Positions 48,644 to 58,366 of a DNA stretch of 64,000 bases are shown here, one piece after another. Made by a program: the position numbers and the translations under genes. Under the pieces are notes generated by a model. That model was not told the origin of the DNA, made no database searches, and was given only the letters and a program-made list of their open reading frames with translations. Position 1 is the stretch's first letter; each line of letters begins with the position of its first letter. The DNA lies in assembly GCA_946414025.1 (NCBI GenBank), contig CAMKMX010000005.1, forward strand, positions 15,032 to 79,031, read 5' to 3'. The stretch is from an uncultured Fibrobacter sp. (lineage in GTDB: Bacteria; Fibrobacterota; Fibrobacteria; Fibrobacterales; Fibrobacteraceae).

Positions 48644-50317
48644 ATGAAAAGATTGTTCTTTACCCTGCTTTCCGCAACAGCCCTAACACTCCTCGCTTGC
48701 AGTGATTCGAGCCACACAAACACTTCGGACATAAACAGTGGCAACGGCGAGTACGCTGACAGCTCCTTTTATTCCAGTTCGGGTACAAGCAACCGCGCCG
48801 ACATTGATTACGATGACAATGTCGTTATGGACGATACCACCAACATCTATATTCAACGGCCAGTAATTGATTCCAGCGGCAAGGCAGAATGCCCCGAAAA
48901 GACCCTTTGTATCGATTCCCTGACAAAGGAAATCAACCTGTTCCTTGGAAATTTGAAAAAAGGAGACCGCATAAGCATCTGGGCTGCCACTAGCGGCATG
49001 GCAAATGACACCATACGTGTGATGAGCGAGCTTGGGCAAACCATGCACCCCATGCTTCCCACCTGCGAAGCAGGCAATACGAGCAACTGCAAATTCGATG
49101 GTTTTGTAATTCCCGGCAACGGAGCCGAACTCATCAAGAATCAATTTGCCATTTTTGAAGATGGCTACTACTATGTAAACCTTCAGGCAGCCTTTAGCGA
49201 CAAGGCCCACCTGCGTATGTATTCCCACTTAGATAACGGTTATTTCAAATATACCGGAGATTCCAGCACAATAAACATTTCCCTACAGGAAAACTTGAAG
49301 GGAATACTAAAAATAGGGAATTCCCCCGATAGCGTCCAGTTCAACTTTGCTGCAGCCATAGGACACAGCGTTACCATCAAAGCCGAAGGAGACTGGATTA
49401 ACCAACTGAATCTACTGGAAGAAGACAAGTCCATTGTTTCAGAAAAGGACACCCTGAGCAACACAATGCTTACCGATGATTCCACCCACTGGAAACTTGT
49501 AATGGTTCCCGAAAAAATTTCCAACTATCAAACAGGCCCCTATGCGACCTTTACTCTACAGTTGAGCAACCGCAAGCTTTCACAGGGAGAATACTTCGCG
49601 CACCCCGACTCCCTCCCCAGTGCAGGAGAGTTCCTGAAAAAGACCCGCACAAAAATTGAAGCATTTGAACTGAGGCAGGACCAGTATGTCTGGATCGGCG
49701 ATTACAAGAAGGGCGACACCCTGGTGGTAGAACACAGATTCAAGGGATACGGCAAGCGCGCCGCAAAACCGTTTACCGTTATCGACTACAGCGTTCTCGA
49801 CAAGAGCGGCAAGATCCTCAAGACGCTTTCCGAGGAAAATTTGGGCTATAAAGTGGCAAACGACGGTCCTGTCTATTTCCATTTCAAAATGGAAAACAGC
49901 CAAAACACGCCAGACACCAAGGAATTGGAACTTTACACCCTGGTCAAGCGTCCGGGTTCGCTTACCAAGTTCAGTTTCTACGACGCCAAGGCCAAAAAAA
50001 CGCTGGACACCCTGAAAGTAAGCGAGAACCAAGAACTGAAGTTGGACGACATTGCATTTGAATCTAGCCCCACAAGCACTAAAAACGGGGTGGTGAACTG
50101 GTTTATTCCCTGCGGGGACTGGATGGTTTTCGGCAATGTGGACTACACGAGCTGCGAAGGCAACATCAATAACAACCTGAAGGTGGAATCTACGGACAAT
50201 ACCGGCGACGCCAAGATTTTGACCATTATTGGAGGCTCCGGAAGTACCGCAAAACTCATCGCCGAAAGCCTTCTGGACCCCCAAAAGCGGGATACTTTGC
50301 ACATCGTAGTGAAGTAG
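48644..50317 (+). CDS. Hypothetical lipoprotein (beta-rich)
   Basis: 557-aa ORF with lipobox LLAC; follows the CAZyme-like gene after 12 nt. Confidence 0.7.
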   Translation: MKRLFFTLLSATALTLLACSDSSHTNTSDINSGNGEYADSSFYSSSGTSNRADIDYDDNVVMDDTTNIYIQRPVIDSSGKAECPEKTLCIDSLTKEINLFLGNLKKGDRISIWAATSGMANDTIRVMSELGQTMHPMLPTCEAGNTSNCKFDGFVIPGNGAELIKNQFAIFEDGYYYVNLQAAFSDKAHLRMYSHLDNGYFKYTGDSSTINISLQENLKGILKIGNSPDSVQFNFAAAIGHSVTIKAEGDWINQLNLLEEDKSIVSEKDTLSNTMLTDDSTHWKLVMVPEKISNYQTGPYATFTLQLSNRKLSQGEYFAHPDSLPSAGEFLKKTRTKIEAFELRQDQYVWIGDYKKGDTLVVEHRFKGYGKRAAKPFTVIDYSVLDKSGKILKTLSEENLGYKVANDGPVYFHFKMENSQNTPDTKELELYTLVKRPGSLTKFSFYDAKAKKTLDTLKVSENQELKLDDIAFESSPTSTKNGVVNWFIPCGDWMVFGNVDYTSCEGNINNNLKVESTDNTGDAKILTIIGGSGSTAKLIAESLLDPQKRDTLHIVVK

Positions 50318-50321
50318 TCCC

Positions 50322-50428
50322 TTGAAATTACGGCCCCAAAATTCTATTATTGGGGCTCACTCTTGCAAGTCGCGCCAAGCTCTGCCAATTTGCAAGCATA
50401 ACCAAAGAGCTTCCTCACGAGGTACAAT
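50322..50428 (+). promoter_or_regulatory. rpsD promoter and structured 5' leader
   Basis: TTGAAA-17-TATTAT; stem 50362-50370/50388-50396, loop 50377-50383 complementary to 50406-50412. Confidence 0.55.
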
Positions 50429-51034
50429 ATGTCGTCCTTCCGCGGACCAAAAGGTAAAGTCGCACGCTCTCTCGGCGTTGCCGTCTCCCAGAAAACTCAA
50501 AAGGCCCTTGACCGCCGTAACTTCGCTCCTGGCCAGCATGGTCAGAACCGCAAGAAGTCTGCTTCTGTGTACAAGCAGCAGTTGGTGGAAAAGCAGCGTC
50601 TCCGTTTCACCTACAACATTTCCGAAGCCCAGTTGGCCAAGGCTTACAAAGAAGCCAACCGTCGCGAAGGTTCTGCCGGTGACAACCTGATGATTCTTCT
50701 GGAAACCCGCCTTGACGCTCTCGTCTATCGCATGGGTTTTGCCCGCACCATTTTCGCCGCCCGTCAGTATGTGGCCCACGGCCACTTCTCCGTGAACGGC
50801 GTCCGTAGTTTCTCCCCCAGCCGCCTGGTCAAGGCCGGCGACGTGATCGCCGTGCGCGAACGTTCCAAGGAACACGTGCAGATCAAGGAAGCTATCGCCA
50901 ACGCTCCTGCCGCCCCGGAATACCTTTCCGTTGATGCCGGCAAGATGGAAGGCACCCTGGTGAAGCTCCCCCTCCGCGACCAGATTCCCGTCCAGCTCGA
51001 AGAACAGCTGGTGGTGGAATACTACTCCAGATAG
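50429..51034 (+). CDS. rpsD: 30S ribosomal protein S4
   Basis: PGQHG, QLVEKQRLR, LETRLD..VYRMGFA, ARQYVAHGH, VVEYYSR. Confidence 0.97.
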   Translation: MSSFRGPKGKVARSLGVAVSQKTQKALDRRNFAPGQHGQNRKKSASVYKQQLVEKQRLRFTYNISEAQLAKAYKEANRREGSAGDNLMILLETRLDALVYRMGFARTIFAARQYVAHGHFSVNGVRSFSPSRLVKAGDVIAVRERSKEHVQIKEAIANAPAAPEYLSVDAGKMEGTLVKLPLRDQIPVQLEEQLVVEYYSR

Positions 51035-51050
51035 TGAGAGTTGCAAGTTT

Positions 51051-51082
51051 AAAACGTCCGGCGCAAGTCGGGCGTTTTTTTT
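51051..51082 (+). terminator. Rho-independent terminator after rpsD
   Basis: acgtccggc-gcaa-gtcgggcgt hairpin followed by a T run. Confidence 0.75.
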
Positions 51083-51107
51083 ACGCCGATTTTTCTAAAT
51101 TAGCGGC

Positions 51108-51437
51108 ATGACTCAGAGAAATTCCTTTGCACGCTTGTTGCTTTTTATCGTGCTCGGCCTGATTATCGGCGGAGTACTTGGTGAATGCCTGGGGCTCCTG
51201 TTCGGGGAACTGGGCGAACTGATGAACGCCGGCGGATACGACAATATTGTCCGCAACTTCTTCGTGGCCTCTTTCGACCTGAATTTCGGATTCTTGGGCG
51301 ACAAGGCAAACCCGGTGGTCATCGACCTCTACATGGTAAAATTTGCGCTTGGCCTCGGCCTCAAGATTAACGTCGTGAGCATCGTAGGCATGGTTCTCGC
51401 CATCTATATTATGAAATGGTCCGGAGGAAACAGGTAA
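51108..51437 (+). CDS. Small membrane protein (DUF4321-like)
   Basis: GLIIGGVLGE...IDL...GL.LKINVVSIVG pattern. Confidence 0.65.
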   Translation: MTQRNSFARLLLFIVLGLIIGGVLGECLGLLFGELGELMNAGGYDNIVRNFFVASFDLNFGFLGDKANPVVIDLYMVKFALGLGLKINVVSIVGMVLAIYIMKWSGGNR

Positions 51438-52855
51438 TGGACACCATTCAAGATTTACAGGAACAGCTGAAAAGCGGGAAGACGACCGCCGAAGGACTGG
51501 TACAGTCCGCTCTCAGCAAGATTGACGCTACCAAGGACTTGAACGCCTATATTTCTGTTCTTAATGAACGGGCGCTGGCCCGTGCCAAGGAAAGCGACAA
51601 GCGCCGCGCCGAAGGCAAGACCCTGGGTGCGCTGGACGGGATTCCCGTAGCCGTGAAGGACAACATGTGCCTCGAAGGCACCCGCACTACGGCAGCCTCC
51701 AAGATTCTCGAAAACTTTGTAGCCCCCTACACCGCCACCGCCATCGAAAAGCTGGAGGCGGCAGGTGCCGTCATCGTGGGCAAGACCAATATGGACGAAT
51801 TCGCCATGGGTTCCAGCAACGAGACCTCTTACTTCGGTCCTGTGAAGAACCCGCTGGACAGTTCCCGCGTACCGGGAGGTTCCTCCGGAGGCTCAGCCGT
51901 AGCCGTGGCCTCGGGCACGGTCCCCTGTGCTCTGGGCTCCGATACCGGCGGATCTATCCGTCAGCCTGCCGCCTGCACAGGGGTGGTGGGCCTTAAGCCC
52001 ACCTACGGCCGCGTGTCCCGCTATGGACTTTTGGCTTACGCCAGCAGCCTGGACCAGATCGGCCCCTTCGGTGCCACCGTCGCCGACTGCGCAACACTGC
52101 TTTCGGCCATCTGCGGAATCGACCCTCACGACAACACCACCAGCGCAAGGCCTACCGAAGATTTCGGCGCAAAGCTTGACGCAGGCATCAAGGGCAAGGT
52201 CATCGGTGTTCCGAAGGAATACTTCGGCGAAGGCCTGGACAAGGACTGCAAGGCCGCCATCGAAGGCATGCTCAAGAAGATGGAAGCCGAAGGCGCCACC
52301 CTCAAGGAAGTGAGCCTCCCCCATATCAGCTACGCCGTGTCCAGCTACTACATCATCGCCACTGCCGAGGCCAGTTCCAACCTCTCCCGTTACGACGGCG
52401 TGCGCTACGGCTACCGGAGCAAGGATGCCCGCAAGCTGTTCGACCTTTACGCCAAGTCCAGAAGCGAAGGCTTCGGCAAAGAAGTCCAGCGCCGCATTCT
52501 GCTGGGCAGCTACGTGCTCAGCGCAGGCTTCTACGACGCCTACTACGTGCAGGCCCAGAAGGTCCGTAGGCTCATTACCGACGACTTCAACAAGGCCTTT
52601 GAAAGCTGCGACGTGATTGCAAGCCCCGCCATGCCTGGGCTTCCGCTGAAGTGCGGCATGAACGAATCCGACCCCATGGCCGTGTACCTCAGTGACATCT
52701 ACACCGTGAGCCTGAACCTTGCAGGGCTTCCGGGCGTAACGGTCCCCTGCGGAATGGCAGGCGGGTTGCCCGTTGGTCTGCAATGGATTGGCAAGCCGTT
52801 TATGGAAACGGACCTGCTTTCCGTCGCCGCCGCAACGGAAAGCTTGAACAAGTAA
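51437..52855 (+). CDS. gatA: Asp/Glu-tRNA amidotransferase subunit A
   Basis: GKTNMDEFAMGSS, GGSSGGSA, GSDTGGSIRQPA, SNLSRYDGVRYG. Confidence 0.96.
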   Translation: MDTIQDLQEQLKSGKTTAEGLVQSALSKIDATKDLNAYISVLNERALARAKESDKRRAEGKTLGALDGIPVAVKDNMCLEGTRTTAASKILENFVAPYTATAIEKLEAAGAVIVGKTNMDEFAMGSSNETSYFGPVKNPLDSSRVPGGSSGGSAVAVASGTVPCALGSDTGGSIRQPAACTGVVGLKPTYGRVSRYGLLAYASSLDQIGPFGATVADCATLLSAICGIDPHDNTTSARPTEDFGAKLDAGIKGKVIGVPKEYFGEGLDKDCKAAIEGMLKKMEAEGATLKEVSLPHISYAVSSYYIIATAEASSNLSRYDGVRYGYRSKDARKLFDLYAKSRSEGFGKEVQRRILLGSYVLSAGFYDAYYVQAQKVRRLITDDFNKAFESCDVIASPAMPGLPLKCGMNESDPMAVYLSDIYTVSLNLAGLPGVTVPCGMAGGLPVGLQWIGKPFMETDLLSVAAATESLNK

Positions 52856-52913
52856 TCCGCTAAAAATATCGAAAAGAACTGTGCCGAACAAACGGTACAG
52901 TTTTTTTGCGCAT

Positions 52914-53570
52914 TTACAGCACAAACAGCGCGACAGCCATGAACAGGAATACCGCACCGGAGAACCAGTTCAGGTTGCGGTTCGCCTTGGGGCTGTTCAG
53001 CATGAACTTCTTGACGGCACCCGCCAAAAGCGCAACAGTTCCGAACACGATGAAGGTCGCCACCACGAATTCCGACCCGAGAATCAACATCTGGACCGAC
53101 GGGCTCAAGGGGCTGTCCATCTTTACCGCAGGCGGGATAAACGACAGCGCGAAAAGTATCGCCTTCGGGTTCGTGAGGTTCATGATGATGCCCCGCAAGT
53201 AGAGCCTGCGGGCCGACAACGATTGCGATTTATCTAATTCCGAACTCCGAACCCCAGATTCCGAATTCCGAACTCCGAATTCCGAATTAACAACTACCCC
53301 CGCCCGCACCTGAAAGCTCTTGTAGGCCAGATACACCAGGTAGGCAGCGCCCATGCACTGGATCACGAAAAACGCCACAGGGCTTGCGGCAATCAGGGCA
53401 GACACGCCCACCACCAAAAGTCCCGTCTGCACCAGGATTCCCGTACACAGTCCGCAAATAATGCAAAAGCCGGCCTTGGCACCGTGAGTAGCGCTCTGGG
53501 CCAGCACAAACAAATTATCCGGCCCGGGAGCAAGGGCGACAACGATGGCGGCAACGAAAAATTCCAGCAT
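52914..53570 (-). CDS. LysE/RhtB-family translocator with in-frame heptamer insert
   Basis: APGPDN, GAAYLVYL and NLTNPK motifs. Confidence 0.88.
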   Translation of the reverse strand: MLEFFVAAIVVALAPGPDNLFVLAQSATHGAKAGFCIICGLCTGILVQTGLLVVGVSALIAASPVAFFVIQCMGAAYLVYLAYKSFQVRAGVVVNSEFGVRNSESGVRSSELDKSQSLSARRLYLRGIIMNLTNPKAILFALSFIPPAVKMDSPLSPSVQMLILGSEFVVATFIVFGTVALLAGAVKKFMLNSPKANRNLNWFSGAVFLFMAVALFVL

Positions 53571-53596
53571 AAAAAACAGCGGTAAGAGGACTTGGG

Positions 53597-54067
53597 CTAC
53601 AAGCTTTCCAGGAACTTTTCGGCGTCCATCTCGGCAAGGTCTTTCTGCAACTTTTCCAGAGCCTCGTCCGTAATGGCCACGGCCCTGCGGGCATCCCTGT
53701 CGCCGGCCGTTCCGCGGGCATCCCCGTCGCCAGCAACCCCGCGAGCATCCCCGCGACCATCGCCCCCACCGGACTGACCGACCCGCTCCTCCGCCAAGGC
53801 ATTGGACACATCCACCATACGGCGCAGCGAATCCGCCACCTCCTTCACCGAGGCGTCGTTACTCACCACCACGTCCAGCACCTTGGAAAGCCGCTTGCGA
53901 AGCCCTGCAAACTCGTCCCTGTCCAGCTCGGCGGTTTCTCCCCCGTAGTACATCAGCGGGGTCTTGCACCTGACGCAAGAAAACACCATCATGCTGGAAG
54001 GTTCGCCCTTCACCATGACCTGGAAAGAAGACCCGCAATGGGGGCAGTTGATATGCAGTTCGCTCAT
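53597..54067 (-). CDS. Hypothetical Zn-ribbon protein
   Basis: CPHC...CVRC; internal 27-nt tandem repeat encoding GDARG units. Confidence 0.7.
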   Translation of the reverse strand: MSELHINCPHCGSSFQVMVKGEPSSMMVFSCVRCKTPLMYYGGETAELDRDEFAGLRKRLSKVLDVVVSNDASVKEVADSLRRMVDVSNALAEERVGQSGGGDGRGDARGVAGDGDARGTAGDRDARRAVAITDEALEKLQKDLAEMDAEKFLESL

Positions 54068-54238
54068 GATCTATAATGTAGAAATTTTAGATAACCCAAG
54101 CCAACGCCACTACATTATTTTATTTTTCTCTTGTCTGATGATTCAACATAAGGGAGATGTCCGCCTTCGCGGACATGACAAACCAAACCTTTTCGACTCT
54201 AACCTCTAGTTCCTAGATCCTAGCCATTATCAACTACT

Positions 54239-55384
54239 ATGCTCTGCCATTGGCTCTATCACATTACCAGCATTGACCTTTTCGACGGCCGTCTGTTCCG
54301 CGCAGGTGTCGCCGCCATGCTCTCCATCGTCTTAGTCATGTGCCTCATGCCGGTCTATATCCGCAAGCTCCAGCGCCTTGACGCCACCTCCGACTTCGAC
54401 AAGGACGGAGCCAAGAGCCCTCCCATCATGGGCGGTCTCCTTCTGGTAATCGTCGTCGAGGTCGTCTCGCTCCTGGTCTGCAAGATGAACGGCTACAGCA
54501 TTTCCACCCTGGTCATCCTAGCGGCATTCTCCGCCGTGGGCGCCATCGACGACATCGCGAAAGTCAAGGCCAAGCGCCTCATCAAGCTGGGCAAGCTCAA
54601 AGCCGCCGACTACATGGACAAGGCCGACGGCATCTCCAGCAGCCTCCGCCTGTTCCTCTACTTCCTCTTTAGCCTCGTTGTGGCCATCTTCTGCTACAAG
54701 TTCATTCCCGAACTCAAGGGCGACCTGACCATCCCCTTCCTCCCCATCGACGTGTTCCAGCTGCACCTGCCCAACTGGATTTTCGTCGCCTTCATGACAT
54801 TTGTCATCGCGGCCAGCGCCAACGGCACCAACTTCACCGACGGCCTGGACAGCCTCGTTTCGGTGCCGATCCTCACCAGCATGGTGTTCGTAGGTCTCGT
54901 GGCCTACGTGAGCGGAAACTTCATCTTCAGCCAGTACCTGAGCGTGCCCTACCTGCCGGGCTGCGACGAACTGTTCCCCATCGCCACAGCCATTGCAGGC
55001 GCCCTGCTTGCCTACCTGTGGTTCAACAGCCCTCCCGCCGAAATCTACATGGGCGACGCGGGCTCCGTGGGCTTTGGTGCCGCCATCGGCATCATGTTCA
55101 TCTTGGTGCAAGCGGGACTATTCCTGCCCATCGTGTGCATCATCATCATCGCCGAAGCCTGCTCCGTGCTGCTCCAAATTCTGTGGTTCAAGTTCACCCG
55201 CAAGACCACCGGCACCGGCAAGCGCCTGTTCCTCTGCGCGCCGCTGCACCACCACTACCAAAAGAAATGGGACGGCAAGTTCCCGAGCAAGCCCCTGATG
55301 AACTCCAAGATCGTGTGGCGCATGCACCTGGTGAGCATCTTCGCCCTCATCTTCAGCATGGTGGTGTTCTTCGGGATTAGGTAA
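54239..55384 (+). CDS. mraY: MraY-like phospho-N-acetylmuramoyl-pentapeptide transferase (stand-alone, divergent)
   Basis: PPIMGG, IDD, NFTDGLD, YMGDAGS, APLHHH. Confidence 0.75.
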   Translation: MLCHWLYHITSIDLFDGRLFRAGVAAMLSIVLVMCLMPVYIRKLQRLDATSDFDKDGAKSPPIMGGLLLVIVVEVVSLLVCKMNGYSISTLVILAAFSAVGAIDDIAKVKAKRLIKLGKLKAADYMDKADGISSSLRLFLYFLFSLVVAIFCYKFIPELKGDLTIPFLPIDVFQLHLPNWIFVAFMTFVIAASANGTNFTDGLDSLVSVPILTSMVFVGLVAYVSGNFIFSQYLSVPYLPGCDELFPIATAIAGALLAYLWFNSPPAEIYMGDAGSVGFGAAIGIMFILVQAGLFLPIVCIIIIAEACSVLLQILWFKFTRKTTGTGKRLFLCAPLHHHYQKKWDGKFPSKPLMNSKIVWRMHLVSIFALIFSMVVFFGIR

Positions 55385-55397
55385 TTCGATATTACAA

Positions 55398-55549
55398 AGG
55401 GGGAAGCCTCCCCCTCGTCAAAGCCTTGCCCCTTCTGTCACTCTGAAACAAACAATGTGTCATTCTGAGCGAAGCCCATCGGGCGTAGTCGAAGGATCCA
55501 GGGCAAGTCTTTGCCTACCCCCTCTCCTAGGGGACACCCCTAAAACCCC
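55398..55549. repeat. Palindromic repeat family II with nested family III
   Basis: Matches 40013-40138. Confidence 0.75.
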
Positions 55550-55589
55550 GGAACCAGAATTTAAAATTCAAAAATTTCAAGAGTCTCAA

Positions 55590-56930
55590 ATGAACAACAT
55601 AGTCAGCAAGTTGAACGCAGCGGGGCAGCAAGAGTTGGCCGCCCGCCTTGAATCGTTGAGCGGCGAGGCCCGCGAACTTCTGGAGCGAGATGTTTTATCC
55701 CAGGACTGGGAAGAACTGAAGGCCCTGTACGCCGAAAAGTCCGCCGCCACCCTGGCAGACAACGTTTCCGCCGACCTCAAGCCCATGCCCTTCAAGATTG
55801 CCGCTGACGACCTGCGCTACGACTTCTGGAAAGAAACCGGAGAAATCCTGCTCCAGAAAGGACAGGTGGCCGCCTTCCTGGTGGCGGGCGGACAGGGATC
55901 CCGTCTCGGTTTCGACGGACCAAAGGGCATGTTCGACATCGGGCTCCCCAGCCACAAGAGTTTGTTCCAGCTGCAGGCGGAACGCCTGCAAAACCTGGCC
56001 GCACAGGTGGGCCACCCCATTCCCTGGTGCATCATGACCAGCCCCCTGAACCACGAGGCCACCGTCAACTTCTTTACCGAACACAAGTTCTTCGGTATGG
56101 ACCGGGACAACATTCGCTTCTTTGAACAAGGCACCATCTGCGCCCTTGACCCGAATGGAAAAGCCGTCGTCGACGAGAACAACCGCCTGGCCCTTGTGCC
56201 CGACGGAAACGGCGGCTGCTTCCGCGCCCTGGCGCAGAGCGGAACTCTGGCCTGGCTTGTCGAAAAGGGCGTGCAGTACGTGTTCCTCTACAGCGTAGAT
56301 AACGCGCTGTGCCGCATTTGCGACCCGGCATTCATCGGAGCACTTGCCAGCGAAGGCCGCAGCATGTCCGCCTCCAAGGTGGTCCACAAGGCCGGTCCAA
56401 ACGAAAAGGTGGGCATATTCGCCCTGCAGAACGGCAAGCCCGGCGTGGTAGAATACAGCGACCTTCCCGAAAACTACCGCGACATGACCAATGCCGACGG
56501 CAGCCTCACCTTCGACGGCGGAAACATCGCCATCCACCTGTTCAAGCTGGCAGGGCTCCGCAAGCTGCAGACCAGCAGACTCCCGTGGCACACCGCCCGC
56601 AAAACCGTCTGCGGCATCGAGAAATGCTTCAAGTTCGAGCAGTTCCTCTTTGACGCCTTCCCGCTGCTGGGCTCCATGCTTCCCTTCGGTGTGGTCCGTG
56701 AAGAAGAGTTCAGCCCCGTCAAGAACGCCGACGGAAACGATTCGCCAAAGACCGCCCGCAATATGATCGGGCGCCTCCACAAGGAATGGCTGAAAAAGGC
56801 CCACGTCGAAGTCAAGGAAGACAAGCTCTACGAAATCTCGCCTACCATCAGCTACGCCGGCGAAGGACTTTCCCGCAGGCTGTTCGTGCGGGAATTCGGC
56901 AGAGGAATCTTGGAATTCGAAGAGAATTAA
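55590..56930 (+). CDS. Eukaryote-type UDP-N-acetylglucosamine/UDP-sugar pyrophosphorylase (UDPGP family)
   Basis: AGGQGSRLG..GPKG, PDGNGG, VDNAL, VVEYS, KFEQFLFD, FSPVKN. Confidence 0.88.
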   Translation: MNNIVSKLNAAGQQELAARLESLSGEARELLERDVLSQDWEELKALYAEKSAATLADNVSADLKPMPFKIAADDLRYDFWKETGEILLQKGQVAAFLVAGGQGSRLGFDGPKGMFDIGLPSHKSLFQLQAERLQNLAAQVGHPIPWCIMTSPLNHEATVNFFTEHKFFGMDRDNIRFFEQGTICALDPNGKAVVDENNRLALVPDGNGGCFRALAQSGTLAWLVEKGVQYVFLYSVDNALCRICDPAFIGALASEGRSMSASKVVHKAGPNEKVGIFALQNGKPGVVEYSDLPENYRDMTNADGSLTFDGGNIAIHLFKLAGLRKLQTSRLPWHTARKTVCGIEKCFKFEQFLFDAFPLLGSMLPFGVVREEEFSPVKNADGNDSPKTARNMIGRLHKEWLKKAHVEVKEDKLYEISPTISYAGEGLSRRLFVREFGRGILEFEEN

Positions 56931-57008
56931 GAATTCGGATTTCGGAATTCGGAGTTATTTATCTAGAATAAAAATTCTCATTCCTACTTCCTAATTCCGA
57001 ATTAATAA
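56930..57008. repeat. AATTCGG heptamer element with inverted arms
   Basis: gaattcggatttcggaattcggagtt ... cctaattccgaatt. Confidence 0.65.
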
Positions 57009-57011
57009 AGA

Positions 57012-57899
57012 ATGTTCCGTCTCAAGGTCACTACATACAAGATAATCCTGTTCGTTCTGCTGCGGTTGCCGGACGCATTTTTTGCGCTGCTGTTCAAGAT
57101 TGCGTTTCCTATCTACAAGGCTCTCCATACCAAGCGGGCCTACGGCCGCGTTGAACGGCTCCTGCAAGAAACAGGTTTCTACGGAAAGAACGCCACACGC
57201 AAGCACAAGGTCTCGCCCAAAGACGTGTTCGAAAGCATCTACTGGAACGGCATCGACAGCTACCGCTTGCTGGCCCGGATTCCCTCTGCCACGGCACGGG
57301 TCCGATTCGAGAACGAATTTATCATGCAAGATGCCGCCAAGGAGGGAACCGTGGTGGGCATGAGCATCCACCAGGGCGCCTTCGAGAACATGCACCGGAT
57401 TCTCTGCCGCTACGGCAAACCGGTACACCTCATTACCGACTCTGCGGGGGATGCCGCCATGCGCAAGTGCCTAGAAGACCTGCGCAGCGACCCGAACCTC
57501 ACCGAATACCACCCCGACAAGCTCCAGAGCCTTATCCGTAACCTGTTCAAGACCCAGGGAATCCTTGCCATGGTGGTGGACCAGGGCCGCAACACCAAGG
57601 GCAACACCGTCTCCCTTTTCGGGAAAAAGAACACCCTTTATTTGCGGCTTCCTGTCAAGGTAAACCAGATGGGGGCAAGCATCGTCACCTTCCGCACCTA
57701 CAGCGAAACAGTTGTCAAGCAGGGCAAAAAAATTCGGGAGCACGTCATCCGGTTCGAGCACTACTACCCGCCCAAGATGGCCGCCACTCCCGAAGGCGAG
57801 GCGGAGTTGGTGAGCTCCATAGCCGCCGACGTGGAACGCTGGATCGAGGACCACCCCGAGCAGTGGACCTGGAACTACCACAAGAACTTCAAGGTATAA
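57012..57899 (+). CDS. Lipid A late acyltransferase-like protein (LpxL/HtrB family)
   Basis: HQGAFE, VVDQ and PEQWTW motifs. Confidence 0.75.
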   Translation: MFRLKVTTYKIILFVLLRLPDAFFALLFKIAFPIYKALHTKRAYGRVERLLQETGFYGKNATRKHKVSPKDVFESIYWNGIDSYRLLARIPSATARVRFENEFIMQDAAKEGTVVGMSIHQGAFENMHRILCRYGKPVHLITDSAGDAAMRKCLEDLRSDPNLTEYHPDKLQSLIRNLFKTQGILAMVVDQGRNTKGNTVSLFGKKNTLYLRLPVKVNQMGASIVTFRTYSETVVKQGKKIREHVIRFEHYYPPKMAATPEGEAELVSSIAADVERWIEDHPEQWTWNYHKNFKV

Positions 57900-57900
57900 A

Positions 57901-58347
57901 ATGGCTTTCAACGAAGAAGAACTTTTCCAGCTGGAGTGGATCAAGAACCACCACATGGAAGACAAGGACAAGGCCCTGGATGCCGATGCTTCGACAGGCT
58001 CAGCAACCGAGACAAATCGTCGCCTTTTCAAGGGGAAAAAGGTCCGGAATCCTGCCTCCTGGGGCACACCGCTACCCGAAGACGAGATCGACCTCCACGG
58101 TATGACCGCCGACGAGGCGGCGGAGGCGGTGGAACGCCGCATGTCCCAGATGAGCATCGCGGGCCTCAGCGTGCTCCGGGTCATCCACGGGGGCGGGAAC
58201 CCCGCCTACGGCAACGTCAAGAAGATTATCGACCGCAAGGTCCGCTCCGAATGGCGAAACCGGGTGGTTTTCTACCGCACCGAAATCGAAAATGCCGGTT
58301 CCAGCATCCTGAAAATCGGAAAACCCGCCCCAAAAACGAAAAAATAA
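57901..58347 (+). CDS. Smr-domain protein
   Basis: IDLHGMT..EA, VIHGGG, NAG. Confidence 0.85.
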   Translation: MAFNEEELFQLEWIKNHHMEDKDKALDADASTGSATETNRRLFKGKKVRNPASWGTPLPEDEIDLHGMTADEAAEAVERRMSQMSIAGLSVLRVIHGGGNPAYGNVKKIIDRKVRSEWRNRVVFYRTEIENAGSSILKIGKPAPKTKK

Positions 58348-58366
58348 CCGCATTGAGCCCTTAATG

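Noticed and set aside
53683-53765. 27-nt tandem repeat in the Zn-ribbon gene as a mobile insert
   Set aside because: It does not match any intergenic family in the window; more likely ordinary linker slippage.
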